Part shown: positions 61,278 to 64,000 of the stretch, one piece after another
How the letters are laid out: the number at the start of each line of letters is the position of its first letter
How positions within the stretch are numbered: position 1 is the first letter of the stretch
Assembly: GCA_040390065.1 (NCBI GenBank)
Contig: JAZJZE010000006.1
Coordinates: 12,551 to 76,550 of the forward strand
From: a bacterium
GTDB lineage: Archaea > Thermoplasmatota > E2 > JACPAO01 > JAHFTW01
Direction of reading: 5' to 3'
DNA: 64,000 nucleotides
The notes under the pieces: model-generated
The model's input: the letters and a program-made list of their open reading frames with translations, nothing else
What the model was told of the DNA's origin: nothing
The model's database searches: none
Translations under genes and position numbers: made by a program

Positions 61278-62524
61278 TGGACGTCTGGGCCGTGTCCGGT
61301 TGGACCGCGTTGGGCGCGCTTGCTGGAGCGACGGGCTTGCTCCCGGGCTTCCACGTCAACACCTTGGTCGCGCTCGCTTTGGCGGCCGCTTGGACCGGGA
61401 CCGGCCCCGCCCTCGCCTTCGTGGCGGCAGCCGCGTCCCATGCCGTCTTTGCGGTCCTGCCCGCGACGTACGTCGGCGTCCCGGGCGATGACACGGCCAT
61501 CGCCGTCCTTCCCGCCCAGCGCCTGGCACGCGACGGCCGCGGCCGCGAAGCGGTCCGCATCGGTACGGACGCCGTGTTGTTGGCGACGGTATTGGCCATC
61601 GTCGTGCTCCTGCCGGCCAAGTGGCTGCTTGCCGAGCCCGTGGGTTTAGCAGGCCGCATCGCAGGTGCCCTTCCCTGGATCTTGGCCGCCAGTCTGCTCG
61701 TGCTGCTATTGGGCGAACGCCGCAAGGGCTGGCCCCGCGTCGCCTGGGCTGCCGGCGTGCAACTCGCCGCGGGCTGCGTTGGACTTCTCGCAAGCGGCAT
61801 GCACATGGGTGGACTCATTGCCATGCCGTCGCCACAACTTCTGCCTCTCTTTGCCGGCCTCTTCGGCGCAGCGGGCCTCGCAGCCAGTCTCGCGTCCGCG
61901 CGCCCCATCCCGACGGCGGTCGTCGAGACCAACCCGACGGTGAGCCGTCGCCTCACGGCGGCCGGAGTGCGCGGCGTCGCAGCCGGTCTGTGCACGGTCG
62001 CCGTCCCCGGCCTGACCCCGGCCGTCGCAGCCAGCATTGCCTACGGACGGCAACGCGACGACCCGAGGCCGGCGCTCGCAGCCCTCACGGCGACGGCCAC
62101 GGCGCATCAGACCCTCGCCGTCGGCCTCTTGTTCGTCACCCTCCATGCACGCACGGGACTGGCGGCCGGCGTCGCCGGGCCCAGCGGCGTCGACCCATGG
62201 ACGGTCGGTCGACCACCGCCGCAGCTGCTCGACCTCCTCGTGGCCGCATTGCTGGCCACCCTCCTCGCATGGTGGGTCGTGCGGCGCATCGAACGAGCCG
62301 TCCGCCGCGGTCTGGCATGGTTGCCCCATCGCCTGCCGGAATGGCTGGCGCTTGCGTTCCTCGTCGCGCTCGTCATCACGCTGAGCGGCGCATCGGGCCT
62401 CGCGCTCTTCGCCACCTCGGCAACCATCGGCCTTCTGCCAATCGTCCTCGGGACACGCCGCGTGCACCTCGTGGCGTGCGTCGCGCTGCCCCTTCTGGCA
62501 TCGCAACTCGGGCTTACGCCTTGA
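61277..62524 (+). CDS. Polytopic membrane protein (possibly TctA/DUF112-like)
   Basis: About ten hydrophobic helices, with a GLLPGFHVNT-type motif near the N-terminus. The family assignment is from memory only. Confidence 0.5.
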   Translation: MDVWAVSGWTALGALAGATGLLPGFHVNTLVALALAAAWTGTGPALAFVAAAASHAVFAVLPATYVGVPGDDTAIAVLPAQRLARDGRGREAVRIGTDAVLLATVLAIVVLLPAKWLLAEPVGLAGRIAGALPWILAASLLVLLLGERRKGWPRVAWAAGVQLAAGCVGLLASGMHMGGLIAMPSPQLLPLFAGLFGAAGLAASLASARPIPTAVVETNPTVSRRLTAAGVRGVAAGLCTVAVPGLTPAVAASIAYGRQRDDPRPALAALTATATAHQTLAVGLLFVTLHARTGLAAGVAGPSGVDPWTVGRPPPQLLDLLVAALLATLLAWWVVRRIERAVRRGLAWLPHRLPEWLALAFLVALVITLSGASGLALFATSATIGLLPIVLGTRRVHLVACVALPLLASQLGLTP

Positions 62525-62972
62525 TGCCCGCCGCCTCGCCCACGTCAAGGCCAGCCTCGGCGGCAAGCCACAGAAGCGCCGCCCAAGCCGTGAGCAAGCC
62601 GCCCATGCGCGCCTGGCGTTCGGCGACGGCCGCAAGAACCGCGGGTCGTCCCGCGTTGGTCCGTTGCGCGACTTTGTCAAGCCACGTCGCAAAGGGGTCC
62701 GCTGCGGCGGTCGGCGCCTCGGCGGGGGCGGCTGCTGCCGGGCGAAAACCCCGCGGCGCGTCGACGGAATCCGCAGGGAATGCCAAACGCAAGGCCTCGC
62801 CGTCAACGCGAAGCACGCCAGCCGCGGTGGCTCGCGTGACGAAGGTGCGCGCCTCCCCCGGCGCCATCCAGCCCAGGCCGAGGGACAGGTGGTGAGCCCA
62901 ATCCGCCGCCGGCATCGCGGCGCGGCCGCTGCGCCGCGCCACGAAGGCCAAGGCGGTCTCGACGTCTCCCAC
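62514..62972 (-). CDS. DUF2240-like archaeal protein
   Basis: About 150 aa. The N-terminal half (HLSLGLGWMAPGEARTFVTRATAAGVLRVDGEAL) resembles DUF2240 proteins as I recall them. Ala/Pro linker, then a helical C-terminal half. Confidence 0.45.
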   Translation of the reverse strand: MGDVETALAFVARRSGRAAMPAADWAHHLSLGLGWMAPGEARTFVTRATAAGVLRVDGEALRLAFPADSVDAPRGFRPAAAAPAEAPTAAADPFATWLDKVAQRTNAGRPAVLAAVAERQARMGGLLTAWAALLWLAAEAGLDVGEAAGIKA

Positions 62973-63023
62973 AACCAGTTCGACCAGGCGCGCCTATGTA
63001 AGCGCCGTGGGCATCGAAGGGGC

Positions 63024-63084
63024 GCCGCGATGATGATGACTCCCGCGACTGAACCGTGACGAGAAGACGGGCGGGCTGAGCGGC
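63024..63084 (+). ncRNA. Box C/D sRNA (2'-O-methylation guide)
   Basis: Terminal stem GCCGC/GCGGC. C box ATGATGA (63030-63036), 12-nt guide, D' box CTGA (63049-63052), 3-nt loop, C' box GTGACGA (63056-63062), 13-nt guide, D box CTGA (63076-63079). TATA-like CTATGTAA lies about 30 nt upstream. Confidence 0.65.
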
Positions 63085-63342
63085 ACGACCTGCAAACAGG
63101 TCGATCATTTGTGCGTGGGGCCTCGCCGTGCTCGGCCCCACAGAACCGCGGGGGGCGCTGCCCCCCGCCCCTAGCCCCCCGCGCGGGGGCGCTCCCGCCC
63201 CCGCGACCCCCTGAGAGCTCGCGCCCCCCGGGCGCTCGCGCGGACGCACGCATCGCCAGGCATGTCCCCGAGGAGGGCAACCGCTTCTGCCTTCACGGAA
63301 CCGACAACAACCCTTATCGCCGCGGCTGGCCGACGCGGAGGC

Positions 63343-63882
63343 ATGCGCATGATCATGGCCATGGGGGCGGCGTTTGCAATGATGCTTGCCGGATGCAGCG
63401 GCGGCAACAACGACACCGGCACCTCCGGAGGCGACGGCTCGGGCTGCGCCGGCACCGAGTGCACGAGCGGCGGCCCGACCGACCCGGGACCGGGCGGCGG
63501 GTCGGCAGCATCTGCGGGCCCGCATTGGAGCCAGCAGAACGTCACGCACCAATTCACTGCGACGGCGGCCGGGTCGTCGGGCGCCCTCGGCTCCCTCGTC
63601 ACCTTCACGCTTCCTGAGAACACGACGGCGGTCTGGTTCAATGTCACCATCACCGCTAGCGTGCCGGGCGGCACCCCAGCCACGGAGTTCGTGTGCGACT
63701 TCCAGGACTCGGACCACTTCACGCCCACCGCCGAAACCCAAGCCACGTTCACGACGTCCAACGACGCGGGCCAAGTCAAGGTGTCCAAGCCGATGCAGGG
63801 GGACTGGCGCATCGCGATTACCTCCACCGGCGCGCCGAATCAGGGAACCTTCGTCCTCAACGTCAACAGCCTGGTGCCGTAG
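63343..63882 (+). CDS. Hypothetical lipoprotein
   Basis: MRMIMAMGAAFAMMLAGCSGG (lipobox), Gly/Ser/Thr-rich linker, then a beta-rich domain. CTTATC lies about 27 nt upstream of the ATG, so possibly leaderless. Confidence 0.6.
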   Translation: MRMIMAMGAAFAMMLAGCSGGNNDTGTSGGDGSGCAGTECTSGGPTDPGPGGGSAASAGPHWSQQNVTHQFTATAAGSSGALGSLVTFTLPENTTAVWFNVTITASVPGGTPATEFVCDFQDSDHFTPTAETQATFTTSNDAGQVKVSKPMQGDWRIAITSTGAPNQGTFVLNVNSLVP

Positions 63883-63913
63883 AGAAACGACGCAACCTGC
63901 CACCGGCGTCCTC

Positions 63914-63919
63914 TTATAT
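63914..63919 (+). promoter_or_regulatory. TATA box (TTATAT) of tRNA-Gly
   Basis: Located 25-30 nt upstream of the first tRNA nucleotide (63944). Confidence 0.55.
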
Positions 63920-63943
63920 CGCGGGTTTTTGGGCCGACCCAAC

Positions 63944-64000
63944 GCGCCCGTAGTCTAGTGGTAGGACTTTACCTTGCCAAGGTAAAAGCGTGGGTTCAAA
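63944..64000 (+). tRNA. tRNA-Gly (anticodon GCC), truncated by the window end
   Basis: Acceptor 5' strand GCGCCCG; D arm GTCT-AGTGGTA-GGAC; anticodon stem TTACC/GGTAA with loop TTGCCAA; start of the T arm GTGGGTTCAAA. Confidence 0.8.

Noticed and set aside
62803-63942. 379-aa minus-strand ORF covering the C/D sRNA, the GC hairpins and the lipoprotein gene
   Set aside because: Arg/Gly/Ala/Pro-rich with no features. It overlaps a well-formed C/D sRNA and a plus-strand lipoprotein gene with a clean lipobox.

Overview
Visibly GC-rich window (roughly two-thirds G+C by eye, not computed) with strong G/C third-position bias. This bias produces many long spurious antisense ORFs. The gene content is archaeal: a two-domain tRNA-splicing endonuclease, NAC, a Pop5-like RNase P subunit, archaeal-type TrpRS with KMSSS, a box C/D sRNA, a DUF2240-like protein, and TTTAWATA-type TATA boxes about 25 nt upstream of inferred transcript starts. 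I cannot assign a lineage without a database search. The flanks hold housekeeping genes: a Cys/Met PLP enzyme, panE, a ThiI-like protein, tRNA-Leu, an ABC exporter, a CDP-alcohol phosphatidyltransferase, cysS, a DHH phosphoesterase plus endA, trpS, acyl-CoA dehydrogenase, a Na+/H+ antiporter, NAC, nnr and tRNA-Gly. About 60 percent of the window (roughly 9.9-48.6 kb) is a cell-surface island with three parts. (i) Four adjacent secreted proteins have unrelated heads (Kelch, two Cys-rich 33-aa-repeat proteins, an RCC1-like propeller). All four end in the same thrombospondin-type-3 cassette plus a Cys-bracketed tail, [22 protein letters not shown]. (ii) A middle block encodes a lamin-tail-domain protein, a transglutaminase-like lipoprotein and a BNR-TSP3-TM protein. 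(iii) Three tandem giant paralogs (about 2450, 1730 and 2080 aa) each have their own TATA box and a leader of about 50 nt with a GAGG Shine-Dalgarno. Each also carries repeated DxDxDG...FSEPV Ig-like modules, FN3 domains, one TM helix and a cytoplasmic C4 zinc-ribbon tail. I consider the giant-protein and tail-cassette pair the best candidate for an undescribed surface-assembly system. Other signals include a roughly 55-nt conserved upstream element present three times, once before an unrelated metabolic gene. There is also a duplicated 5' half of tRNA-Leu, and a C/D sRNA whose guide matches the 16S decoding-centre sequence. All calls come from reading the sequence and ORF translations. No searches, folding or statistics were run.
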